Shown: positions 36,626-44,831 of the stretch, piece by piece
Numbering within the stretch: position 1 is the first letter of the stretch
Layout of the letters: every line of letters starts with the position of its first letter
Sequence record: PZ871095.1
Strand: one strand, 5' to 3'
DNA: 44,927 bases
Origin: a phage
Notes under the pieces: generated by a model
Seen by the model: only the letters and a program-made list of their open reading frames with translations
Database searches by the model: none
What the model was told of the DNA's origin: nothing
Position numbers and translations under genes: made by a program

Positions 36626-36654
36626 ATATTAGATTGGTTGCAGAAGGGAGTCAA
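36626..36654 (-). promoter_or_regulatory. putative leftward early promoter (TTGACT-N17-TAATAT)
   Basis: Minus-strand reading TTGACTcccttctgcaaccaatcTAATAT; near-consensus sigma70 hexamers with 17-nt spacer containing GCAACCAA; heads the leftward gene block. Confidence 0.5.
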
Positions 36655-36663
36655 CAACTAATT

Positions 36664-36698
36664 TAAAAAAAAGCGCCGAAGCAAAATGCGACGGCGCT
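36664..36698 (-). terminator. rho-independent terminator on the minus strand (AGCGCCG stem, T9 run)
   Basis: Minus-strand AGCGCCG-tcgcattttgctt-CGGCGCT followed by TTTTTTTTT, just upstream of the early leftward promoter in the divergent control region. Confidence 0.6.
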
Positions 36699-36827
36699 AA
36701 CCAATAAGAGACAATGAGACGGGGGTATTATTACACGCGTGCGCGCCCGTTTCAATATCCAAAGGATTTGACACCGTGCCGTTTTGGGTGTAGTTTCGTT
36801 GGTCATTAACCAACTGAGGGCAGAGCA

Positions 36828-37157
36828 ATGAATGTAAACGACGCAATCGAAATGTTAACGAAGACTGTTTGCAGTGAGACAAGCCGGTCATGGGCATACA
36901 CCGATGCCGTGGGGGCTGTGTTATTTGAAATCGAACGACTGCGGCTTACCGAAAAAGAATTGCGCGCCAGGCTGGAACTACTCAACGGTACAGCAGCAAG
37001 CAAGCTGCAAAAGCACAATGAAGAAATGGAAGAATACAAAAAGCAGGTTATCCGTTTGCGCGACGAAGGGAAATCATGGGCGATGATTGCCGAGTTGACC
37101 GGAATTAATCAGAGCACAGTGCGCTCCTGGGTACGCAATAATAAAACTTCTAAGTAA
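36828..37157 (+). CDS. putative HTH DNA-binding regulator
   Basis: 109 aa; C-terminal KSWAMIAELTGINQSTVRSWV resembles a helix-turn-helix; first rightward gene of the divergent control region; GAGGG ribosome-binding site. Confidence 0.6.
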   Translation: MNVNDAIEMLTKTVCSETSRSWAYTDAVGAVLFEIERLRLTEKELRARLELLNGTAASKLQKHNEEMEEYKKQVIRLRDEGKSWAMIAELTGINQSTVRSWVRNNKTSK

Positions 37158-37167
37158 GGCCACGGCA

Positions 37168-39432
37168 ATGAGCTTAATTAAATTCGCTGTAACACGACCC
37201 GCTAAAAAAGGCGAAAAAGCCAGGGCGGAAAACTTCCAGATGACCACCGATGAGTTTTTCGAATTTATCAATGACGCGAAAGAAATATCCTCGGTGCATA
37301 TCAACAAGACGGAAGATAAAGCCGAGTATGCGCGCCGCAAGCGTAAGGCCGATGGCATCGTGGCGTATACCAGTGACGGATTGCGTCGTAAGACCAGTGC
37401 GGTGGACCGCTCGATCCTGTTCTTTGATATTGACCGCACCGACACCCGCACCCTGCGCCGCTGCCGTAAGGCGTTCATCGACGCGGGTCTGGAACACGTA
37501 TTTCACACCACCACCGGCGACCGCCACCCGCTGAAGGGTGGCACGCGTTGCGCCCGTTTCCTGGTGCTCACTGACAAGCCTGTACCGGCTGAAGACCTGG
37601 GCCGCGTCCAGTATGCACTATTACACCAACTGGGCCTGTCAGATGTGGACTTCGACGATTGCACGAAAGACACAAACCGCCTTATGTACCTGCCTCACCA
37701 GCAATCGGTTGTTAAGTGTCACTACGGCAAACGCGCCCGCGTCCGTCGTCTGCTTCGCCTGGCTGATAAGCTGGGAGTGGAGAAAGAGGAAGTACGCCGC
37801 GAACTAACCCAGGGCGATGACGGCGTGGCGGACGGTATTCTGGATTGGTGCTTCCAGGCAGGATTCGAACCGCTGTCGTCCGGTCGTGGTTATGAAGTGC
37901 CGTGCCCTAACGAACACCTGCACAGCGGCGAAGGGTCCACCGCTATCATGGTTAAGGATGGCGAGATCCGTTTCAAGTGTATGCACACCGGCAACGAGTG
38001 TTGCTCGGAACTGAACAGACACCAGCACCTGGCGCTACGTCTTATCGGGATCCCGGACCACCTGAACGTCGAACCGCACAACATGTCACGTAAGCAAATC
38101 GCCGCCATCCTCCCAGGACTGGACGACGAGGAAGTGGAATCGTGCTATGAACATATCGTTGATGCGGTCGGAGACGGCGACGAGTACGGCGGATGTACTG
38201 ACGCTGACCTGGATAACGAACCGGTCGCACTGTTCAGTAAGCACGACCCGATCATAGAAGGCCTGGTCAACTTCAAATCGACCTGGTATATGGCTGGCGA
38301 GTCGAACATCGGTAAATCGTTCTACGTGCTGGGTCAAATGGGTGCGGTTGCCGCGGGGATTCCGTTCGGGGGTGCGAAGGTCGTCCAGTCCCATTGCTTC
38401 TATTTCGACGCGGAAGGTGGCGAAGCCTCCAACCAGCGTAAGGAAGCATTGCAGATCAAATATGAGCACGACCTCGACAAGCTGCACATTATCGATCTGC
38501 AATCACGCGGCTGGGATATCACCAGCAAATCCGGCTTGCGTGAAGTTATCAGCTTTATCAACCGCACCGCTAACGGCGAACCGGTTGGTCTGGTGGCGTT
38601 CGACTCCCTCAACCAGACTGTTGCGTTGCGGTCCGCCGATGCTAAACCGTTCGACGAGAACAACGCCAGCGATATGGGTGAAGTGGTCAAAGCGCTGAAG
38701 GCCATTGCGGAAAATACCGGCGGCAGTGCGGGCGTCATCCACCACCCGGCGAAAGGCGCAAACGGCAGCAGATCCCCCCGCGGGTCCGGCGCACTGCATG
38801 GCGCTGTCGATTCCGCGTTCTTCCTGGAGCAACCGGACGACAACCAGCCAGGTCAATTGAACCTGTATCACGAAAAGGCACGTAACGGCATCAAGCAAGC
38901 GCCGCGCGGCTTCGTCCTGCTCAAGTGCAAGGTTAAGGTGGATCTCCGCAAGTCCGAGGCGTTCGAAGCCCACCAGTCCACCAGCACCGGGCCGGACTTC
39001 GGTGATGTAGTTGCAGGTTGGGACGTCAAGCCGATTGCATCCACGCCACGCGACGAGACTCTTTACCTCGTACCGGTCGCCCTAGCACCGTTCGCCATCG
39101 AACAGGCGAAGGCCTCGGGCAAGGCCGCAGTTAAGGAAGAGAACTCCGCAGGACCGCGCAACGAAAAAGAGAAAGTGCTTTATGCGGCACTGGAAAAACT
39201 GATGGAAGATAACCCGGACCATACCGGATTCAGTAAATCGGCAATTGTCCGCCAGGCTGGACTGGCGAAAGGTGGCACATCGACGAAGGCAATCGACGAT
39301 ATGGTCGAGCGCGGAGTGTTAGGTTTTTATACAGACCCGCACACCAGGGCCATCTATGGGTCGTCTAATATCGTCATAAAAACGAAGATACCCATCACGC
39401 TTTCGGCGACCGATGACGACCTGAAAGATTAA
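37168..39432 (+). CDS. DNA primase/helicase (primase-like N-terminus plus P-loop ATPase)
   Basis: 754 aa; Walker A GESNIGKS and Walker B-like LVAFDSLNQ in the C-terminal half; Cys/His cluster in the middle; replication-module context. Confidence 0.75.
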   Translation: MSLIKFAVTRPAKKGEKARAENFQMTTDEFFEFINDAKEISSVHINKTEDKAEYARRKRKADGIVAYTSDGLRRKTSAVDRSILFFDIDRTDTRTLRRCRKAFIDAGLEHVFHTTTGDRHPLKGGTRCARFLVLTDKPVPAEDLGRVQYALLHQLGLSDVDFDDCTKDTNRLMYLPHQQSVVKCHYGKRARVRRLLRLADKLGVEKEEVRRELTQGDDGVADGILDWCFQAGFEPLSSGRGYEVPCPNEHLHSGEGSTAIMVKDGEIRFKCMHTGNECCSELNRHQHLALRLIGIPDHLNVEPHNMSRKQIAAILPGLDDEEVESCYEHIVDAVGDGDEYGGCTDADLDNEPVALFSKHDPIIEGLVNFKSTWYMAGESNIGKSFYVLGQMGAVAAGIPFGGAKVVQSHCFYFDAEGGEASNQRKEALQIKYEHDLDKLHIIDLQSRGWDITSKSGLREVISFINRTANGEPVGLVAFDSLNQTVALRSADAKPFDENNASDMGEVVKALKAIAENTGGSAGVIHHPAKGANGSRSPRGSGALHGAVDSAFFLEQPDDNQPGQLNLYHEKARNGIKQAPRGFVLLKCKVKVDLRKSEAFEAHQSTSTGPDFGDVVAGWDVKPIASTPRDETLYLVPVALAPFAIEQAKASGKAAVKEENSAGPRNEKEKVLYAALEKLMEDNPDHTGFSKSAIVRQAGLAKGGTSTKAIDDMVERGVLGFYTDPHTRAIYGSSNIVIKTKIPITLSATDDDLKD

Positions 39433-39507
39433 ATTTTGCGCGCGTTGGTTGCCGATATGGGAATTCCCATATCGCTAAAAGATTAAATTTTGCGCGCATT
39501 GGTTGCC
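39424..39507. repeat. two 30-bp direct repeats flanking a perfect 20-bp palindrome
   Basis: AAAGATTAAATTTTGCGCGC(G/A)TTGGTTGCC at 39424-39453 and 39478-39507; palindrome GATATGGGAATTCCCATATC at 39454-39473; first repeat includes the primase stop codon. Confidence 0.8.
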
Positions 39508-39591
39508 ATTTTGGGTGTTTTTATCATGTCGTATTGGTTGCCGTGTTGTGTAGCTATAATGAATAGTTATGCAATAAAACTGCATAAAGTA

Positions 39592-39697
39592 AGCGGGACA
39601 GAAAGCGGGACAAACAAGGGGCGGGACAAAGCGGGACAGCACCCCCGTCCCGCCCCGGATGGCGCGGCCCGGAGAGGAGCGGGACAGGCGGGACAAA
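39592..39697. repeat. cluster of GCGGGACA octamer repeats (about 7 copies), second locus
   Basis: aagcgggacagaaagcgggacaaacaaggggcgggacaaagcgggacagc...gagcgggacaggcgggacaa; highly similar to 11901-12012. Confidence 0.85.
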
Positions 39698-39699
39698 CC

Positions 39700-39749
39700 C
39701 CAGTCTTTCAGACTAGACGGGGGTCAATGGCCCCCCTCGTCTGAGACTG
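39700..39749 (+). promoter_or_regulatory. conserved 49-nt bulged hairpin element (copy 2)
   Basis: Same sequence as 12016-12064 except one loop base (tcaatgg versus tcaacgg). Confidence 0.5.
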
Positions 39750-39909
39750 CATAAAATCCGGGGATTGCAAAATACACGGCAGCATGATGCGAAGTGCGGT
39801 CGTTGACGAACTAGGCAACCAATGCGAGTTGTATTATGCGGAGTGAAAAATGCGGTTTGCAGTCACAGCGGATAGCGATCAACTTTTTCATGCGCGTGAT
39901 TAATATTGG

Positions 39910-39938
39910 TTGCACACCCCCAGGCGTCCTGCTATATT
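39910..39938 (+). promoter_or_regulatory. putative sigma70-type promoter (TTGCAC-N17-TATATT) flanked by two TATTGGTTGCACACC repeats
   Basis: -35 and -10 hexamers with 17-nt spacer about 30 nt upstream of the ATG at 39967; the -35 lies within one TTGGTTGCA copy and the second copy follows the -10. Confidence 0.4.
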
Positions 39939-39966
39939 GGTTGCACACCAACATGAGGACTGAACA

Positions 39967-40293
39967 ATGAAAGCGATTATCTGGAATTACGCAATGGCAA
40001 TGGCTGCGGCACAAGAAGCGGAGGAGTTCGTCGGTGAGGGAGCGGAAGCGGTCGAAAGACTATCGGCAGCGTGGTCCGTTGTTCGCGTCACGCAGCAGGC
40101 CATCGCCTGCATGCTGGAGCGCCGCTTCGACACGATGGCAGAGATCCAGCCACTGGCGAACGCTATCCAGGACTACGCGCTGGCATTTGCCCGAGAGCGC
40201 CTGGCGTATCGCTTCGGTATCGGCGAGACGGCAGTGACAAACGTCGCCCGGATTAAAGCCCAGCGCGAACTATTCGCCCAGCTTGCGAAATAA
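39967..40293 (+). CDS. hypothetical protein
   Basis: 108 aa, ATG with GAGGA ribosome-binding site. Confidence 0.55.
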   Translation: MKAIIWNYAMAMAAAQEAEEFVGEGAEAVERLSAAWSVVRVTQQAIACMLERRFDTMAEIQPLANAIQDYALAFARERLAYRFGIGETAVTNVARIKAQRELFAQLAK

Positions 40294-40302
40294 GGGGCCA
40301 AA

Positions 40303-40572
40303 ATGAGCCGCAGACGAGCGAAACAGCTTTCGTGGCATATTCCACTGCATTGCATACGAATATGGGCTAAGAATGCGAATGAGGGCGATTCTGTGTACTG
40401 GTGCTATCGCGATGACGTTAAGCCACTGACGCAGACTCGTTACTTGCACCAGTTCGCAGCACAACACGATTTCAGGGTGCGGACTTCCTTGCAATCAATG
40501 GGGATCCGTATTACATTACGCCGGAAGCCCGCCATTGAGAGGGTAGGCAAACACTGGAGACGGAGCAAATGA
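40303..40572 (+). CDS. hypothetical basic protein
   Basis: 89 aa, ATG with AAGGGG ribosome-binding site; Arg/Lys-rich. Confidence 0.5.
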   Translation: MSRRRAKQLSWHIPLHCIRIWAKNANEGDSVYWCYRDDVKPLTQTRYLHQFAAQHDFRVRTSLQSMGIRITLRRKPAIERVGKHWRRSK

Positions 40573-40721
40573 CGCCAATGCAAAGAGCACTAATGGCGGG
40601 ATTCTCGCAGAAGTTTATTTCAGTAGACGCCTGCATAGCTGATTATGAGACGGACGGCATCGCTACGGTATGCGATGGCGACTATAAGACTGTTGACGAG
40701 ATTGAGGAGACTGAGCAATGA
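40569..40721 (+). CDS. small hypothetical acidic protein
   Basis: 50-aa ORF linking two genes by ATGA-type overlaps; GGAG before the ATG; not in the supplied track (under 60 aa). Confidence 0.35.
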   Translation: MTPMQRALMAGFSQKFISVDACIADYETDGIATVCDGDYKTVDEIEETEQ

Positions 40722-41242
40722 GATTACTATTCCGCCGCAAATCAGACGGGCGCATACTGAAGCCGATCCAGACCCTGGATTCCTACGTCCGCTTGCACCA
40801 CGCGGCAAGCGATCGGGTATTCCGCGCATCGAAGGGCACATTGCCGCAGTTCTTCGAAGTCCTCACACACGATATTGAGCGCGGCGATGTGTTGCGTGAT
40901 ATTCGCGACGGGCAATTGTGGGTCGTGGAGCACACCTCCCAGCACGGCTTGCGGTTTAAGTCCGGCATCTGGTTGAAGGGTATGACGTACTTCGGGCTAA
41001 TCCACTACGAGCGCGTGGGGCGCAAGTACAGACTTCGCGACCACCAGCCGCATGAGCGCGCTACTTACGACGCGACCCAGGTGCAATCTAAAATTCGCCA
41101 GGCCACGCGTGAGATAGTCAATCGCTTTGACGCCGTGACGAATGCACAGCGCCATGCGCAGGAATACGGTGTGGGATTCATCCGGGTAGAACGAGACGGC
41201 AGCATGAAGGCCATCGACCCGCGCTCGGTGATTCTGAAATGA
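40718..41242 (+). CDS. hypothetical protein
   Basis: 174 aa, ATG overlapping the upstream stop. Confidence 0.55.
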   Translation: MRLLFRRKSDGRILKPIQTLDSYVRLHHAASDRVFRASKGTLPQFFEVLTHDIERGDVLRDIRDGQLWVVEHTSQHGLRFKSGIWLKGMTYFGLIHYERVGRKYRLRDHQPHERATYDATQVQSKIRQATREIVNRFDAVTNAQRHAQEYGVGFIRVERDGSMKAIDPRSVILK

Positions 41243-41385
41243 GTGCGACTATCCGTGATATGCTGATGCGCAACCGCTTTGAGATCGGCGGTCGGGTGTT
41301 TCGCAATTACTTCGTGGCGCGTGCCTGGGCGCGCCATATTGGCAAACCAGAGGGGGCAATTCGATGCTATACGTCTTCGCGGTAG
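41239..41385 (+). CDS. small hypothetical protein
   Basis: 48-aa ORF with ATGA overlap to the upstream stop. Confidence 0.3.
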   Translation: MSATIRDMLMRNRFEIGGRVFRNYFVARAWARHIGKPEGAIRCYTSSR

Positions 41386-41449
41386 TATGTGGCGGTAGTC
41401 TGGCGGCCCTGGTGCTGTTGGCGTCGGTTATTAGTATGGTTAAATACCT

Positions 41450-41749
41450 ATGGGGCAGATTATGATTCATGATGTGATTTATTGGTTTGGTTTGATCTGC
41501 GGGCTATGCCTGCTTACCGCGGTGCTGTTGGGCATCCTGATGTTCGTCGTATGGCCTGCAGTGGAAGCCGCCAGTATTACCCGCATGACGTTCGAGGTAT
41601 ACAAGCGCCGAGGGATCACGGAGCACCCGACCAGGTTGCGCATGTGGTGGCTGTGGTATCGGGATATGATAGGCGGGCGAACATTCGAGGCCGTCCGGTC
41701 GAGTGGATGGGAGTGGAAAGGCGTCGGCAAGTGGTCCATTTTCGATTAA
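41450..41749 (+). CDS. small membrane protein
   Basis: 99 aa (alternative ATG at 41462); N-terminal hydrophobic segment WFGLICGLCLLTAVLLGILMFVVW; a 33-aa hydrophobic ORF (41364..41465) lies just upstream. Confidence 0.5.
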   Translation: MGQIMIHDVIYWFGLICGLCLLTAVLLGILMFVVWPAVEAASITRMTFEVYKRRGITEHPTRLRMWWLWYRDMIGGRTFEAVRSSGWEWKGVGKWSIFD

Positions 41750-41801
41750 TTATGCAAGCGTGATATAGTCCTAGTGAGATAAAACTTACTGGGACTTTTT
41801 T

Positions 41802-42092
41802 ATGGATAAGCTAAACGAGTGGTTATTCGCCCTTGCGTGTCTGGCTGGCGGCTTCGTAGGCGCACGCATTCACGGCGAGGCCACGAAAGGGCCGCTAAAC
41901 TTCGTTTTATATATCGTAGTTGGCTTCCTGTGTGCCATATTTGGCGCACCGGCTATCGCTGAGTGGGCTGGTTTATCTGGCGAGCGCACTGTCGCCGGTT
42001 TGGGCTTCGTAACTGCAATCTTCTGGATGCCAATAGCCGCCCGGATCAGGGAGACTATTGAGTCGTTCCGACTTCCGGGGGGCGTAAAATGA
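41802..42092 (+). CDS. putative holin
   Basis: 96 aa with two to three predicted transmembrane segments and a charged C-terminus; immediately upstream of the endolysin gene. Confidence 0.6.
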   Translation: MDKLNEWLFALACLAGGFVGARIHGEATKGPLNFVLYIVVGFLCAIFGAPAIAEWAGLSGERTVAGLGFVTAIFWMPIAARIRETIESFRLPGGVK

Positions 42093-42334
42093 TTATCTCC
42101 GTCCTGTTGTTTGTTATCATAGGGGCTTCGTCCCTGTTTAACGTGTATGCGCCGTCCGTTCAGGATGGCTTCTTCGGTCGGGTGTTATATCTGCTAACAG
42201 CAATGACCTGTATTGTCGGGCTGTTGCAAACGGGAGACGTATCTGACGCCACCTGGACCGCGTTAATCTGGCTGTTTGCATTGCGCACGCTGCGTAATGC
42301 TGTTTTGAATGGGGTAAAGCATGCGATTCAGTGA
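42089..42334 (+). CDS. small membrane protein (second holin / antiholin candidate)
   Basis: 81 aa with two hydrophobic segments, overlapping the holin stop and the endolysin start. Confidence 0.5.
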   Translation: MIISVLLFVIIGASSLFNVYAPSVQDGFFGRVLYLLTAMTCIVGLLQTGDVSDATWTALIWLFALRTLRNAVLNGVKHAIQ

Positions 42335-42812
42335 CAACGGTCTAAGATTTACGGCGGCATGGGAGCAATTCAGCCCAGTGCCGTATTTCGCGACTAAGAA
42401 AGAGCAGGCCCGCGGCCTGTATACCTGGGGCTATGGTCACACCGGCACTAATCCGCCGCGGAGCATTACCCGTGCGGAAGCACTGGAGCTACTCAAGCGC
42501 GACGTGGCGTATGCAGAGGACTGGGTGAACAAATACGCACATCCGAGCATTACTCAGGCGCAATTCGACGCGCTGGTGGACCTGGTTATCAATGCTGGTC
42601 CAGGTCCGATCATGCCGGACGACGTCGCGGGTGATTTCGACGATGCGATCCGCCTGGGTGACTGGGCGAAGGTACGAGCTACTCTGCCGCAGTTCCGCAA
42701 GCAAGGCGGGGAAGTGCTTAAGGGTCTGGTACGTCGAGCAATCGGCAGGCAGGCGCTATTCGATGGAAAGCAGTGGGACGTTGCCGAGAAGATCGGACGT
42801 AACGCAGCATAA
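42321..42812 (+). CDS. endolysin (lysozyme, T4/lambda-type glycoside hydrolase)
   Basis: 163 aa with a LYTWGYGHTG segment matching the conserved lysozyme core; lysis-cassette context. Confidence 0.85.
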   Translation: MRFSDNGLRFTAAWEQFSPVPYFATKKEQARGLYTWGYGHTGTNPPRSITRAEALELLKRDVAYAEDWVNKYAHPSITQAQFDALVDLVINAGPGPIMPDDVAGDFDDAIRLGDWAKVRATLPQFRKQGGEVLKGLVRRAIGRQALFDGKQWDVAEKIGRNAA

Positions 42813-42828
42813 TACGGGGTAACACAGT

Positions 42829-43242
42829 ATGTTAAGAAGTATTCTTGATCATAACGCCGACGCGATTGCCGCGCTGGCTAAAACAGAAGACCCAGGCGCT
42901 CGCGCTATCATCGCGGACACTATCAGCCATGCGGGGGTCTTCGACGCGAAGTTACCCAGTCCGCCGGAAAGTAAGCCGGTGACGAGTGCGACCGTAACTA
43001 TCGCACCGGAATCCGCCGCAGTTGGTGCGAAGGCCACCGCTTCGGTTGCGGTCCAGCCATCCGACGCGACTAACAAGGCCGGGAAGTGGGTGTCGTCGAA
43101 TCCTGCCTGCGCGGCAATAGATCAGACTACCGGCGAAATCACAGCCCAAACGGCAGGTAGCGCCCACATCTTTTGGGTGGCCTCCGATGGTAGCGGGGTG
43201 ATAGCGTCCGCCATCTTCACCGTAACGGGAGCAGAAGAATAA
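42829..43242 (+). CDS. Ig-like (Big_2-type) domain protein
   Basis: 137 aa; C-terminal ~80 aa look like a bacterial Ig-like domain (alternating hydrophobic beta pattern, GEITAQTAGSAHIFWVASDGSG); followed by a terminator. Confidence 0.5.
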   Translation: MLRSILDHNADAIAALAKTEDPGARAIIADTISHAGVFDAKLPSPPESKPVTSATVTIAPESAAVGAKATASVAVQPSDATNKAGKWVSSNPACAAIDQTTGEITAQTAGSAHIFWVASDGSGVIASAIFTVTGAEE

Positions 43243-43248
43243 AACCAT

Positions 43249-43276
43249 AAGCCCGGATAATTCCGGGCTTTTTATT
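43249..43276 (+). terminator. rho-independent terminator (GCCCGGA-taat-TCCGGGC + TTTTTATT)
   Basis: Perfect 7-bp stem with T-run immediately after the stop at 43242. Confidence 0.7.
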
Positions 43277-43327
43277 GCTTGACTCGCAACCAACACAGGG
43301 GCCATACTGCAACCAATCAACTGGAGG

Positions 43328-43408
43328 AGTAATCAAGATGGCACGTAAAGATATTTGGGTATTAGCGATCTGGACCACCGCGGCTTTTATCGGCATGGTT
43401 ATTTGCGA
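43328..43408 (+). CDS. very small hydrophobic peptide (26 aa)
   Basis: ATG preceded by strong GGAGGAG ribosome-binding site; MARKDIWVLAIWTTAAFIGMVICELI; not in the supplied track. Confidence 0.3.
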
Positions 43409-43479
43409 ATTGATATAGCCCGCCGCCATACGGACCGTGGTATATTGTCCACGGTCCACTAATCAGGAATTAATTAAAT

Positions 43480-44622
43480 ATGCACCCGCAAACTAAAATT
43501 ACCGATGAGCAATTGATCGCAGAAATTCAGGCCGGAACTACGGTTAAAGAGATTGCGAAGAAGTACGGCATTGCACTTCGAAATGTCTACATGCGCAAAG
43601 CCCGCCTGTCAAAAAAGGGGATTGGTCACGGTAATGATGCCGTAATCCGCAAGCGCGTTGCCGATGGCTTTGGGGTTAAGCGCGTATCGGCCCTGGTGCG
43701 CGGCAATGGCGAAGAGGTCATGTCGTGGGTCATCACTGAGCAGGACAAAGAGCGCCAACTCGAAGCCATGCGCGCTGTTGTCGAGGGTATGAACAGCGAA
43801 ATCACACCGGCAGCGCCAGTAAAAGCCCCGCCAGTACCGATCCAGGCGCTCGACTTGCTCAACCTGTACACCGTGTCAGACTTCCACCTGGGCATGTTGG
43901 CATGGGGCGAGGAGACTGGCGAAGACTGGGATATGGCGATCGCCGAAGACCTGTTCTACCGCTGGTTTGTCGAAGCCTTCGCACGCGCCCCGGACGCAGG
44001 CACTGCCGTAATTAATATCCTCGGTGATATGGCCCACTTTGATAGCCTCGATGCTGTCACTCCGGCAAGTGGTCACATACTGGACGCTGACACCCGCTAC
44101 CAGAAACTGGTCCGATACATGATTCGCATGGTGCGCAACGTAGTCGAACTGGCGCTGCAAAAACACCACAAAGTCAAACTGCTAATCGTCCAGGGAAATC
44201 ATGACGAATCGGGTATGATTTGGCTGGCTGAGATGTTCAATACTCTGTACGAGAACGAGCCGCGCGTCGATGTAGATACGTCACCGGACGTATACAAGAT
44301 GGTGCAGCACGGTAAGACCACGCTGTTTTTCCACCACGGGCACAAAGCGCGATTCGATGCTATCGAGCCGGTTATGATTTCTAAATTCAGACAGGCTTTC
44401 GGGTCCAGTGAGTACAGCTACGCGCACGTAGGCCACTTGCACCACCAGAAGATTGTAGAATCCCGCAACATGATTGTTGAACAGCACCGGACGCTCGCAG
44501 CGAAAGACGCCTACGCCAGCCGTGGTGGTTGGATGTCCGGTCGCAGCGCCAACGTCATTACCTACAGCGCCAACTACGGCGAAGTAGCGCGCTTAACCAT
44601 TAGCCCGGAAATGTTGAAATGA
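43480..44622 (+). CDS. HTH-domain / calcineurin-like metallophosphoesterase fusion protein
   Basis: 380 aa; N-terminal HTH-like TVKEIAKKYGIALRNVY; phosphoesterase motifs DFHLG (DxH), ILGDMAH (GDxxH), VQGNHDE (GNHD/E), FFHHGH and AHVGHLHH. Confidence 0.7.
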   Translation: MHPQTKITDEQLIAEIQAGTTVKEIAKKYGIALRNVYMRKARLSKKGIGHGNDAVIRKRVADGFGVKRVSALVRGNGEEVMSWVITEQDKERQLEAMRAVVEGMNSEITPAAPVKAPPVPIQALDLLNLYTVSDFHLGMLAWGEETGEDWDMAIAEDLFYRWFVEAFARAPDAGTAVINILGDMAHFDSLDAVTPASGHILDADTRYQKLVRYMIRMVRNVVELALQKHHKVKLLIVQGNHDESGMIWLAEMFNTLYENEPRVDVDTSPDVYKMVQHGKTTLFFHHGHKARFDAIEPVMISKFRQAFGSSEYSYAHVGHLHHQKIVESRNMIVEQHRTLAAKDAYASRGGWMSGRSANVITYSANYGEVARLTISPEMLK

Positions 44623-44831
44623 TTAGACAAGTATTCATGAGCACGCAGGCCGATCGCCTGAAAGAACTACGCAAACAACTCGAAGGCTTGCGCCGATTCG
44701 AACGAACGGCAGCGGCGGTAGGCATGTCTATCAGCGAACGGATCGAGATACTATCGCAAATACGCTACACAGAAGGCGCGATAAGAGAAGTACAAAGCAT
44801 GTTAACCCGATACTACGGGCGTGACGTTTAA
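44619..44831 (+). CDS. hypothetical protein
   Basis: 70 aa, ATG overlapping the upstream stop (ATGA); helical charged sequence; followed by a T-run. Confidence 0.5.
   Translation: MIRQVFMSTQADRLKELRKQLEGLRRFERTAAAVGMSISERIEILSQIRYTEGAIREVQSMLTRYYGRDV

Noticed and set aside
39475-39744. Small ORFs overlying the second GCGGGACA cluster (39475..39696 minus, 39490..39744 plus)
   Set aside because: Same reasoning as for the first locus: a by-product of the repeated DNA rather than conserved coding sequence.
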